Assembly: GCA_963838925.1 (NCBI GenBank)
Contig: CAWISW010000003.1
Location: 1 to 64,000 of the forward strand
Length of the DNA: 64,000 bases
DNA from: an uncultured Nitrososphaerota archaeon
GTDB taxonomy: Archaea > Thermoproteota > Nitrososphaeria > Nitrososphaerales > Gagatemarchaeaceae
Direction: 5' to 3'
Shown here one piece after another: positions 1 to 9,100 of the stretch (its first letter is position 1; each line of letters starts with the position of its first letter). The translations under genes were made by a program, and so were the position numbers. The notes beneath the pieces were generated by a model. The model did no database searches, had not been told where the DNA came from, and saw only the letters and a program-made list of their open reading frames with translations.

Positions 1-112
1 ATAGGACGGATGCTGACCGACGCAGGCTTTGCGCCGTCTGACGCGCCTTCTCTTCTCATTCCAACGGGAGGAGCGGTTTGCTTTTAACGGCGGGTGACAC
101 ACTTCGGAAGGT

Positions 113-1036
113 ATGCCAAAATTGCAGGACTGGCCTCCCAAGTGCGTAATTTGTGGAAGGCCGGGCACGGCCTACGAGACCTGGACGAGTAGGAAGAGGC
201 GCCACGACCAGGTCAAGTTCGCCCACCACGTCAAGGTGGACGGCAAATGGCGGGTCGAGTGGTGCTACGTCCCGAAGAGCTTCATTCTCAACTCGAAGAA
301 CAAGCTGAAGGAGAGAGACGGCCGGAGGCGACGGAACCTGGAGGAAATCGTGGGCCGCCTCCTTACCGCAGGGAGCGGTGGCGCCCGGGTGTGGGACATC
401 CAGCCAGAAGATGTCTCGAGGAGGACGGCAATCAGATACATGAACGAACTCAGGAAGAGGCAGGCCGTTGACCGCTTTGTGGATGAGCAGCTTCCGGCGC
501 CGGTCTTCGCCTACAGGCTCGCAGAATGGGCTGCCTCGTATGCTCAGATAAGAGGACCTAAGGGGATAATGGGCTCTGAGGGAAGGCGGTATGAGCGGCT
601 CTACTACGAGACGCTGATTCTGAAACTCATCCACGAGGATTCGAAACGTATGACGAACGCCAACAGCCTGAAGTGGGCTCTTTACAGAGACCCTCACCGG
701 CTCAATCCTGGCCCCGTCTGCATGCTCACGGAAAGGCAGCTCTACGAGTATCTTCTCGAGCTGATCAAGAACCAGCTAATCATCCCGCTTGGTGAGCGAG
801 GCCGAGTCCTCGAGACCATATCCAACTGGAAAGGGCTCCGCTTCTTCTTCGAAGACCTAGAGAACGGGAATGATACCTGGTTTATCTTGTCCAACAAGGT
901 TCTGGTCTGGCTTGGGCCTGAGGCTCACGCGAGCAGGGAGTTTCCTCTTTACTACAGGAACCTTAGCGGCAGGGTGCACTTGTGGGTTGAGTGTTGCCTT
1001 CCTAGCCCTGAGGTTCGAGCAAGGCGTGGTGCATAA
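113..1036 (+). CDS. Hypothetical protein with N-terminal Zn-binding-like motif, possibly mobile-element derived
   Basis: 307-aa ORF; CVICG...H...WCY pattern at the N-terminus; lies in the accessory block. Confidence 0.55.
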   Translation: MPKLQDWPPKCVICGRPGTAYETWTSRKRRHDQVKFAHHVKVDGKWRVEWCYVPKSFILNSKNKLKERDGRRRRNLEEIVGRLLTAGSGGARVWDIQPEDVSRRTAIRYMNELRKRQAVDRFVDEQLPAPVFAYRLAEWAASYAQIRGPKGIMGSEGRRYERLYYETLILKLIHEDSKRMTNANSLKWALYRDPHRLNPGPVCMLTERQLYEYLLELIKNQLIIPLGERGRVLETISNWKGLRFFFEDLENGNDTWFILSNKVLVWLGPEAHASREFPLYYRNLSGRVHLWVECCLPSPEVRARRGA

Positions 1037-1069
1037 GTGCAATGTCACTCTAGCGACTCGATTCTTGAT

Positions 1070-1711
1070 ATGAGAATCGCTTTCATCGTGGACATCCACG
1101 ACAACCCGAAGACGATGGACTGGCTGGCGGAGGCAGTAAAGCAATACGATATGGTGGCCGTCGGCGGAGACATCGGTGAGCTGGGCCTGCTCTACAAGAT
1201 CGTCGATTTCGCCGTGGGGAAGCAGGTCTTCATAGTCTTGGGCAATCACGACTACCCGATCGAAGAGATGTTCGCCGCGAGGAGCGTGCTTCACGGAACC
1301 TCCCAGAAGGTCGGGGCTCTCACAATAGGAGGGATCGGCGGCTCGCTCCCCGTCTATGGCGGACCTCTCGAGCTCGACGAGACGGAGCTCCTTATCCTGG
1401 CGAGGAATTTGGGACCGGTGGACATATTGGTTGCTCATCAGCCTCCAATCGATACCAACTGCGACATCGTCTACGATGGTTTGAGCGAGCTTGGAGCGAA
1501 GCACATAGGGTCAGTGGCGATCAGAAAATACATCGAAGAGACGCAGCCGCTGCTCGCGCTTGTGGGGCACATCCACGAGAGCCAGGGCGTCGACACGATA
1601 GGAAGGACGGTCATCGTCAATCCCGGCCCGTTCATGACGGGCAACTACGCGGAAGTCGAGTTTGAGAAGGGGAAGGTGCCGAAGGTCGAGCTCGAGAAAA
1701 CCCGAAGCTGA
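1070..1711 (+). CDS. Metallophosphoesterase (calcineurin-like, Icc-related)
   Basis: DIHDN, GGD, GNHD, HQPP and GHIHE motifs; start set at ATG 1070 (MRIAFIVD). Confidence 0.9.
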   Translation: MRIAFIVDIHDNPKTMDWLAEAVKQYDMVAVGGDIGELGLLYKIVDFAVGKQVFIVLGNHDYPIEEMFAARSVLHGTSQKVGALTIGGIGGSLPVYGGPLELDETELLILARNLGPVDILVAHQPPIDTNCDIVYDGLSELGAKHIGSVAIRKYIEETQPLLALVGHIHESQGVDTIGRTVIVNPGPFMTGNYAEVEFEKGKVPKVELEKTRS

Positions 1712-1744
1712 GGAAGTGGCAAGAGTAAACAAAAGTGACGCATC

Positions 1745-2212
1745 TTAAGTTGCGCTTTTCTTCTTGCTACCGTCGCTGCCTAAGAGTTCCAGAGTCTTGC
1801 TTACGAAGGTCTCAGCGTACTTGACAAGATTTTGAGCCTGACTCGGCGAAATTACGCTCGGGGTGTCGTAGACCGCATCATTCCTGCGCTTTCTTGCCTT
1901 TTCGAACGCCTGGAGAACCTCTGGCTGAAACTTCGCAGAGTAGACCGCTTGCACGAACTCTATCACCGCGACATGATGCTCTTGGCCTTTCGGCCTGTAT
2001 CCCTTCGAGAACATGAGTGCCACACCGGCCTGGAGCATCGCGTTGTAAGCCACATTGTGAGCCACCCCCCATTCTTCTATTCCTAGGATTTTCTTCGCCG
2101 AAGCGAGGTCGTTCTTCGCGATCTCGACTTGATTCCTTATCTGATTCGGATCAGATTGGAACTTTTCAACTCGTCCTTTGCGCAATAGCTCGCTTAAATC
2201 CACTTTCTTCAC
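1745..2212 (-). CDS. HEPN domain protein (putative toxin of MNT-HEPN pair)
   Basis: AYNAML, HHVAV and RKRRNDAVY motifs; overlaps the 3' end of the upstream MNT gene. Confidence 0.85.
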   Translation of the reverse strand: MKKVDLSELLRKGRVEKFQSDPNQIRNQVEIAKNDLASAKKILGIEEWGVAHNVAYNAMLQAGVALMFSKGYRPKGQEHHVAVIEFVQAVYSAKFQPEVLQAFEKARKRRNDAVYDTPSVISPSQAQNLVKYAETFVSKTLELLGSDGSKKKSAT

Positions 2213-3191
2213 CTACTATCATGATTACGGGCGTTTTTGATATTTCTCGTAACAGCGGAATTTGATTCCGGGCCTTCTCGGCAAACTCGCTCTCGGTCCA
2301 AAGATTGTAGTTTACCTCGCGTCCCGTCTTCCTCTCAACCTCACTGACTGCCTTCAAGAGCGCGTCTTCGTCCATGTCGGCGACGACGAGCAGGTCGACA
2401 TCACTTCCCTCGTTCTCCGTCCCTTTGGCAAAGGAGCCGTAGATGAGGGCATACTTGACCCGTTCAGATCGCAGCCTGCTCGCGAACAACTCGTCCAAGA
2501 ATTCGTACTTCAGGAATATCCTCTTCAGCTCGTCATATATCACGCTCTCTCTGTTGATCTCGTACAACCTGAGGTTACCCTGGATACTCCTCTTCACCAA
2601 GGCCAGACTCAACAAGAGCGCGCACTCCTTCACCACTCCTGAGGGAGAAACCCCGATTTTCCGCGCGATGTCGTTGAGATGGAACTTTGAGTTGGGATTA
2701 AGAAACAGCAACTTGAGGATCAGGATCTGGGTTCGCGATCTGAACAGCCTCTCAAGCGGGCTCTTCAAGAAGACTGTCTCGCGCGACTTCGGCCTCGCGC
2801 GGAGAATTGCCATCTGAACCGAAGTCAATCCTTCACCGCGTTCGGGCTTCACAGCCTCCATTACGCCGCCATTGACCAGCAGCAGCCCGATGCCGAGGTT
2901 CCTGCAGGCGGTTACGATTTCCTGGCTTCCTCTCTCCTTCGGCACTGCGAGGTAGGCAAGGTTTGTCGCGTGCTTGTAGTGAAGCGTTTGTTCAAGCCCT
3001 AGCTTCAGGTCGCCAAGGTTTCCTTTGACCTCAACCGCCGCGATTTCCTTGTCCTTGATTGCGACAATATCCGCTATCCTCCCCCTTAGCTTCACTTCCC
3101 GTGAGACCTTCCACCCTCTGCTTTCGAAATACTCGGCCACTTTTGACACAATCGCAACTTCTGCGACCAAAGTCAAAGCCCTATTTCTCAT
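2166..3191 (-). CDS. PD-(D/E)XK nuclease-like + winged HTH + minimal nucleotidyltransferase (MNT) fusion
   Basis: N-terminal REVK..ADIVA...AVEVK; central FHLNDIARKIGVSPSGV HTH; C-terminal YGSFAKG-x5-SDVDLLVV. Confidence 0.85.
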   Translation of the reverse strand: MRNRALTLVAEVAIVSKVAEYFESRGWKVSREVKLRGRIADIVAIKDKEIAAVEVKGNLGDLKLGLEQTLHYKHATNLAYLAVPKERGSQEIVTACRNLGIGLLLVNGGVMEAVKPERGEGLTSVQMAILRARPKSRETVFLKSPLERLFRSRTQILILKLLFLNPNSKFHLNDIARKIGVSPSGVVKECALLLSLALVKRSIQGNLRLYEINRESVIYDELKRIFLKYEFLDELFASRLRSERVKYALIYGSFAKGTENEGSDVDLLVVADMDEDALLKAVSEVERKTGREVNYNLWTESEFAEKARNQIPLLREISKTPVIMIVGEESGFKRAIAQRTS

Positions 3192-3265
3192 TTGAGAACA
3201 ATCATTCTCTAAATAGAAATGCAGGTATTAATAAAGCTAGCCCAACCAAGCCACATTCGTCTAGC

Positions 3266-3718
3266 TCAAGGAAGATCGGTTCGGTGAGTCGGCTGCTTCA
3301 CCGTCACCAGAGGAATCCATGATACCGCGACGACTCTTTCAAGTCTTTCGTTCCACTCTGCCTCCTCGCACGCTTCCAGCGAGGTTCCTAGCACCGTAGC
3401 GTCGACGTACCACCCCGGAAAAAATCGCCTTCGAAATCCGGGAAATGCTCTATCTCGGACTAACTGATTTGTCCTTATGATCTTTCTCGGGAACCTCAAG
3501 GCAACGAGTCCCATGTCTATCGCCCAGTTGAGCGCAGCATCTTCCGTCTCCCACAGATACAGCCGGTCAGGGAACTTTTGTGAGTAATATGGCATATCGT
3601 AGTCCGTCTCGAACCCGTGCTTACGCGGAGTCGTGAGGCCATTTTGCGCGATGAGGCCCAGTCTGTCGAATATAGCGGCATGATAGAGAAAATTGTGGAG
3701 CCGTTTCTGGTCGCTCAA
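3266..3718 (-). CDS. Putative ADP-ribosyltransferase-fold protein
   Basis: LYHAA..RL..IAQNGL..P followed by RLYLWETEDAALNWA resembles the H-type ART (Tpt1/DarT-like) pattern; TTG start at 3718 is inferred. Confidence 0.5.
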   Translation of the reverse strand: MSDQKRLHNFLYHAAIFDRLGLIAQNGLTTPRKHGFETDYDMPYYSQKFPDRLYLWETEDAALNWAIDMGLVALRFPRKIIRTNQLVRDRAFPGFRRRFFPGWYVDATVLGTSLEACEEAEWNERLERVVAVSWIPLVTVKQPTHRTDLP

Positions 3719-3776
3719 ATCATTGCAGGCATTTGGTCTAGGCAGGTTTATAAGAATACCCTGGTATGGTCGGGGT

Positions 3777-4010
3777 ATGATAAAGACGACCATCTCGGTG
3801 ACTCCAGAGCTTTACTCGGCCCTGACCCGGGCTGCGCTCGACAGCGGTACCAACGTATCCAGAGAGATTGAGACTCACCTCAGAGAGAGCACCTTCATCC
3901 AGAAGTACATCCAGGAAGTGCGCGGAGAGCCCAACGAGGGCGCTCATCTGCTCAACCCCAAGGCGCTGCGCCCGAAGTCTAAGGTCGCCGCGGCAACAGT
4001 TTCCTCTTAG
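3777..4010 (+). CDS. Ribbon-helix-helix DNA-binding protein
   Basis: MIKTTISVTPELYSALTRAALDSGTNVSREIE RHH pattern; TTTATAA box and ATACC-CT-GGTAT palindrome (3756-3767) upstream. Confidence 0.7.
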   Translation: MIKTTISVTPELYSALTRAALDSGTNVSREIETHLRESTFIQKYIQEVRGEPNEGAHLLNPKALRPKSKVAAATVSS

Positions 4011-4182
4011 GCGTAAGCAAACCCCACTCGGGATCCATGTAAGACGCCCCCATCTCCTCGTACCCCAACACGTCATCGTAATACCCTATGATGTGCTGCA
4101 GAGCCTCCATCCGAATCTCGCTAATGCCCGAGCTGTGGAGCGACGCCGCGCTATCCGCTGATTCAATATCTTGGATCAAGCT

Positions 4183-4449
4183 TCATCGCTTCAGCATCTC
4201 TGCAACAGCCTTTCTAGTGCCAGCCTTGGCCCACTCTATCTCCTCTTTCACCTGCTTCCTGCTCTTTGTCTGCTTCTGAAGCTTCGAGGTTATCGCCTTG
4301 AGCTCGCCTATTCGTTCTTCGCTGTAAAGCGTCCGTTTGATAGCAAATCGAATGAACTCGCTCTTCGACGCGTACTCTCCAGCTTCGACGAGCATCTCTA
4401 TCCTCTCAGAGTCCTTGTCAGGAAGGTTCAGGAGCAGCTTGCTTCCCAT
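4183..4449 (-). CDS. CopG/RHH family antitoxin-like regulator
   Basis: LNLP...IEMLVEAGEYASKSEFIRFAIK is a typical RHH signature. Confidence 0.85.
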   Translation of the reverse strand: MGSKLLLNLPDKDSERIEMLVEAGEYASKSEFIRFAIKRTLYSEERIGELKAITSKLQKQTKSRKQVKEEIEWAKAGTRKAVAEMLKR

Positions 4450-4469
4450 TCTTTCACCTATATGTGATG

Positions 4470-4486
4470 TATATGCACTGCATATA
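4470..4486. promoter_or_regulatory. Perfect palindrome TATATGCA-C-TGCATATA, putative RHH auto-operator
   Basis: 8-1-8 inverted repeat about 20 nt upstream of the RHH start codon. Confidence 0.55.
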
Positions 4487-4564
4487 TTTATTCCTTCATG
4501 AGTTCTCTAGGGTGTTGTTGCATCTTCGGGTGATTTCTGACTCTCTTGCATTCGGGTGATAGAA

Positions 4565-4780
4565 TCAACCGAGTGATATGCTGTAGCCCTGATAGTACAC
4601 CATTGTGTTTCCTCCGTAGCCGAACAGCCAATAAGTTACTGACCCGTAATGATTTAGGCACGTACAGAATCCGGATGTGCAGGGACGATAAACAGGAAAA
4701 CAGGTCGGTTCTACAGGAGCAAGGAAAAGGAATGCTCCGATAGCTACAACGGCAATTAGCAGTACAGCAGCCTTCTTCAT
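4565..4780 (-). CDS. Small Cys-containing membrane/secreted protein
   Basis: 71 aa from ATG 4780 (MKKAAVLLIAVVAIGAFLFLAP...), four Cys, GGAG upstream. Confidence 0.6.
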   Translation of the reverse strand: MKKAAVLLIAVVAIGAFLFLAPVEPTCFPVYRPCTSGFCTCLNHYGSVTYWLFGYGGNTMVYYQGYSISLG

Positions 4781-4914
4781 ATGGACTCCGTCCAATGCCT
4801 GATGACTCCCTTTGAGACCCGTTCTGCATGATTCGTCCGTCCAGTCAGAAAGGCACCAGAACCCAGCTCGGGCCCGGGTTTCAACGTGGCCGGCATCGTA
4901 TCCCGCCTGCTCTT

Positions 4915-5600
4915 CTAAACCCCGGGCTGAGGGATCTCCGCCATGCGCAGGACCGCCTCGCCGCTCTCCTCCTGGTCGAGGCTTTGCAGCAGCTGCAGCA
5001 GCAGCTTCCCGACCGCCGTCAGCTCGTAGATCCTCACGCGGCCGTACGCCGCCTGCTCGTGGACGAACCCGTACTTGTTCAGCATCACCACGTGCCTGTC
5101 GACGGCCTTCCAGTCCAGCCCGAGCTCCTGTGCGAGCTGGAACCTGTCCTTGGGTATCAGCAGCGAGTTGAGGAGCTTCACCCTCGTCTTCCCGCCCCTC
5201 ATCCTCACGAAGAGCTCGAAGACCTCGGAGTCGAAGCCCAGAGCCTCCCACCTCGACTTCATCCTGCCCCTCCAGATCCACAGCCCGCCGACGAAGACCC
5301 AGCTGCCGGGGGCGAGAGCGAAGGAACGGTTCCCGAAGAACTGGAGGATCAGTGCCGGGATCGAAGGCGAATGCCCCCCCACTGTCGAGTAGGAGAAGCC
5401 GTTGCAGAGGACAGCCCTGCGGCGTCGCTGAATGTGGCGCTGGAGTTGGAGGCTGCGGGCACGCCCGACGTGGTCGAGAGTGTGTTCTGGACGCTCGGGC
5501 TTGGTGGTGAAAGGAGCTGCGCTCCGGCGAACGCCGTGCTCACAATCGCGAAGCCCAGCGCCACTGCGAAGAGAACTGCGAACCTGGACAACCTCGTCAA
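4915..5600 (-). CDS. Probable membrane-tethered ArsR-like winged-HTH regulator (frameshift at ~5374-5410)
   Basis: 5600-5349 frame: N-terminal TM plus Ser/Thr-rich linker. 5382-4915 frame: hydrophobic GSWVFVGGLWIWRGR, then GGKTRVKLL...QLAQELGLDWKAVDRHVVML wHTH. A C7 run lies at 5374-5380. A stand-alone wHTH from ATG 5262 is an alternative. Confidence 0.7.
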
Positions 5601-5616
5601 AAAACTCCTTTTTGTG

Positions 5617-5656
5617 ATAAATACTTTTGTCCGATTGTGTGGACGAAGCCTTTTAT
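5617..5656. promoter_or_regulatory. Back-to-back divergent promoters, each with GGAC-N6-TATA element
   Basis: Minus strand ATCGGAC-AAAAGT-ATTTAT (5635-5617); plus strand GTGGAC-GAAGCC-TTTTAT (5639-5656). Confidence 0.65.
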
Positions 5657-5688
5657 CGCGAAAACTACCCGCTCATCGGTGACGCCTG

Positions 5689-6316
5689 ATGAGGAGGGTC
5701 GTCGGCTATCTTGTCATCTCGATACTCGTCGCCCTGCTGATAACTGGCACTACGTTCTTCGGTTGGAGAATTCGTGATGGCATCGGTTTCCGGCGGGGCT
5801 GGCGGGAGCGCAAGCGCCACTGTCTCGGGCTTTCCGATTCCCTACGCGACGTTCTTCCCCTGCTGCAGCGGCAGCGGCGGTCCTGGCGGCTCCATCTTCT
5901 TGAACAACACTTACTACTATCACCCGCTGAGCTTTGTCGCGGACTTCACGATCTGGCTCGCGATATCGCTGGCGGTCGTCTTCACGCTCACTCTCACAAC
6001 ATTGGTGCTGGCTGCGACCGCGGGGCTTGGCGTGACTCTCCTCACGTTGCTGTTGCCTCCTTTGTCAACAGTAGCGCCAACACCTGCCCTTGAGACCGCG
6101 GTCCTTAGACCGATGGGCTTTCCTTACGATTATCTGACCTACTACGTCACTGGGCTTGGCGGGGTCACAAATTCAGGCTATGAGTTCGCGCTTTCGCCAG
6201 CCCTAGCAGATTATGCGCTGTGGACTGCGTTGACAGCCGCTCTCATTGGAGTAATGGTCACGATACTGCGAGGGAGGCACGTCAAACCAGCCAATTCTAA
6301 CCTGCGGCCATCGTAG
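5689..6316 (+). CDS. Multi-pass membrane protein (frameshift at ~5760-5775)
   Basis: TM-rich 5689 and 5774 frames join; internal repeat GFP.PY/GFPYDY ... ADFTIW/ADYALW. Confidence 0.65.
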
Positions 6317-6362
6317 ACCCAATCTCGACGGGTGGAAGATACCGGTTACAGGACTACGCCGC

Positions 6363-6382
6363 GTTCGGACAAATCTATTTAT
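6363..6382 (+). promoter_or_regulatory. GTTCGGAC-N6-TATA element
   Basis: GTTCGGAC-AAATCT-ATTTAT upstream of the beta-propeller gene. Confidence 0.7.
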
Positions 6383-6435
6383 GATGAAAATTGCTTTCTA
6401 GATTCAATCATCTGGTGCGATAGTAGACGAGGTTT

Positions 6436-8230
6436 ATTACAAACAGAACTCTTTCAATCACGCTTGCAATCTCTGCTCTAGTCATCGTCGGAGCCGCGGC
6501 GGCAGTCAGCTCCCTTATGTCGTCGAACCCCATAGGTTCCGCCCAGCAGTCCTCGTCCGCATCAACGAACAGCATCACTCCTCCACAATGTTCGGCACCC
6601 TGCGCAGTCTGGACAAGAGCCGGGGGAAGCAACCCCGAATATGTCGCAATATCTCCAGACGATTCCTTTGTAGTAGCCGCTGTAGCAATCGCCAATGGCT
6701 CGGAGATCTACGCTCTCGACGACCACGGCAACACGCTCTGGAGCCACGACCTGGATCACCAGATTTCATCCATCGCCATATCTTCCAACGGCATGTACGT
6801 CGCCGCAGGCGGGTGGCAGATCGAGCCTGGGCCAGCAGGCATCTACGCTAACGGCGAAGTCTACCTCTTCAGCAGCGGCGGGAAGCTGCTGTGGAGCATG
6901 AATGCCGGGAGCAGCAACCCTGTGTTCAAGGTCGCCATCTCTGCCGACGGGTCGAAGCTCGCGGTGGACGGAGAAGAGAGCATGATGTACCTGAGCGGGG
7001 CGGACGGAAGCACGATCTGGTCGTACCACACCGGAGGAAACACCGTCGGCATGGGCATGTCTCTTGACGGAAGCCTGGTCGTCGCGTCGATGGGGCCAAT
7101 AGTGGCGTTCAACGGCCAGGGGGCAATGCTCTGGAGCCATCCCGCGCAAGACCTCGCTGTAAGCGTGAACAGCGTGGCCATCTCCTCCGACGGGTCGCGA
7201 CGTCTGGGTCGGATCGGCGGTGAGCGGGACCAACGGCACCCTGTACCTCTTCAACAGACAGGGAAGCCTCATCTGGCAGCATCAGATATTCAGCCCCGCC
7301 CTATCGATACAGACCGCCGCAAACACGACCGCTTTCATCTCGACGAACTTTGGCGCTCTGGTCTATGGAGCGGACGGCTCTCTATTGAAGAATGTGACCA
7401 GCTCCGCGGCTGCTGCGATTACCGGAGCGTGCAACCCCCTCCCAAGCTTCTGGTACTGGAGTACGAACGAAGATCCGGTGGCTTTCCTCGACACCCATGG
7501 GAACATCGTCTCGAGCTACAACCCCGGTGGCTTTACTGTCAACGCCGCATTGTCTTCCGACGGGAGTTACGCGGCGGTTGTCAGTACCATAGGATTGAGC
7601 TCAAACTACTCGCTCGCATTCGTGTACCTTGGGCAACCTAACCAAAACTGTCTTCAAACGACGACAACATTGTCGTCATCCACCGGCATTGCAACAGCGT
7701 CCGTCTCGAACTCGTCCGACGGGCTCAGCCTCAACCTCCAGGTCCTGCCCGGTGGCAACGGGACCTTCACGGTAACGGCATACGAGTCCAACCTCCTCAG
7801 CTCCGTGAACAACGTCACCGAGGCGAACCAGTGGAAGTATCCCGCCGACCTTCTGAACCCCGCCAACAACTGCGCTCCCACCAACGATCCAGTCGGGTTT
7901 GCAATCTTCCAAGGATACTACGGCATGAGCAACTACACTTCGGGGAAAGCCCTGCCCCTCTACAACACCAACGTCGAGTTCCACTGCACCGAGAACATCT
8001 ACGCGAATGACTACCTGTTCCAACCCCTGAGTGACAGCATCTCGGTCTACAACCATGGTCAGTTCGAAACGAATGGCACCGCCTCCCTCTCGCTCTTGAC
8101 AGGTGGCTATTGGACTGGAGGGGCGGGCACGGCAGTCGCAGCCTCATTCAGCGAGTTCCGTGGCGTCTACACCGTGCTAGCGGCCGACGAGTGGGGAAAC
8201 GTGCTCCTGCTCCACTTCACGGTGGATTGA
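6436..8230 (+). CDS. Membrane-anchored WD40/PQQ-like beta-propeller surface protein (frameshift at ~7200)
   Basis: Repeated VAIS.DG and G..LW motifs in the 6517 and 7220 frames; in-frame TM upstream of ATG 6517 suggests an ATT start at 6436 after GAGGT. Confidence 0.75.
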
Positions 8231-8239
8231 TGGGCGCTT

Positions 8240-8990
8240 ATGGAAAACCAGGATCCCCGGAGTCATGTCAGGCTCGTGGCGTCCATAGTCCTCTTAGTTG
8301 TGATAGGAGCCAGCCTTATCGGCGCCGCCTACCTGCGGACGAACCCGGCCGCGGTGAGTACGAGTACCATAACGACAACGAAACTGTCCACAACAGTAAC
8401 CAAGTCGATCACAGTGACAGCGCCTTCCAACTCCACCACATCCCTGCTCTCCCACAGCAACTACGACGACGGTAGTTGATTATGGCTGCGGCATCTCAAG
8501 TGCTTCTTCGAGAGTCTCAGCTCTTGTCCTCGTCAATACGAGCAGTGCCAGCAACGTCAACGTCGATGTGGGGGTCAGCCCGACGCTTCCGCTCACCGCT
8601 TCCGCCTGCTCGTACACCTACACGAACACCACCACACCGGTTGCCTGCGGCGTGATGTGCGGCGGCGGGATAGGGTATACCTACTCTCTTGACTATGTCT
8701 GGAAGCTGAATTTCTCCCTGAGTTCGCCCGATAGCCTTGGGAGCTACAACCTCACAATCACCTCGGGAAGCGGAATGGGCGGTCTCTTTCCCAAACAGGG
8801 CAATCAGATATACCTGAACTCGCAGCAAATGACCTCTTGGTATTCGAATCCGCCCTGCTACGGTGGAGAGGGGATAGAAGCCGACTGTATGGCATCTAAC
8901 GCCACGTCGATGGCGATCGAGCTGCCGACCCCGGTCGAAAGCGGCACCTATCAGCTCGTGGTCAGTTCGGGCGTGTACCTGGTCCCATAA
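8240..8990 (+). CDS. Membrane-anchored secreted Cys/Ser/Thr-rich protein (frameshift at ~8470)
   Basis: N-terminal TM plus Thr-rich linker (8240 frame) continuing into the 8568 frame. Confidence 0.6.
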
Positions 8991-9029
8991 GAGGAACGAA
9001 AATTGAGCCGTCACGTGAACAGCGATCCC

Positions 9030-9049
9030 GCTCGGACAAAACTATTTAC
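9030..9049 (+). promoter_or_regulatory. GCTCGGAC-N6-TATA element
   Basis: GCTCGGAC-AAAACT-ATTTAC upstream of the 9101 gene. Confidence 0.65.
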
Positions 9050-9100
9050 TCTTCTGACGGAGGTTTCGTTCATCTTGCTCAAGGCCGACAATGCGAATGT

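Noticed and set aside
4565-5682. Long overlapping ORFs 4565-5281(-) and 4828-5682(+), and similar antisense ORFs throughout
   Set aside because: These are shadow ORFs typical of high-GC3 coding DNA, with no motifs, overlapping better-supported genes.
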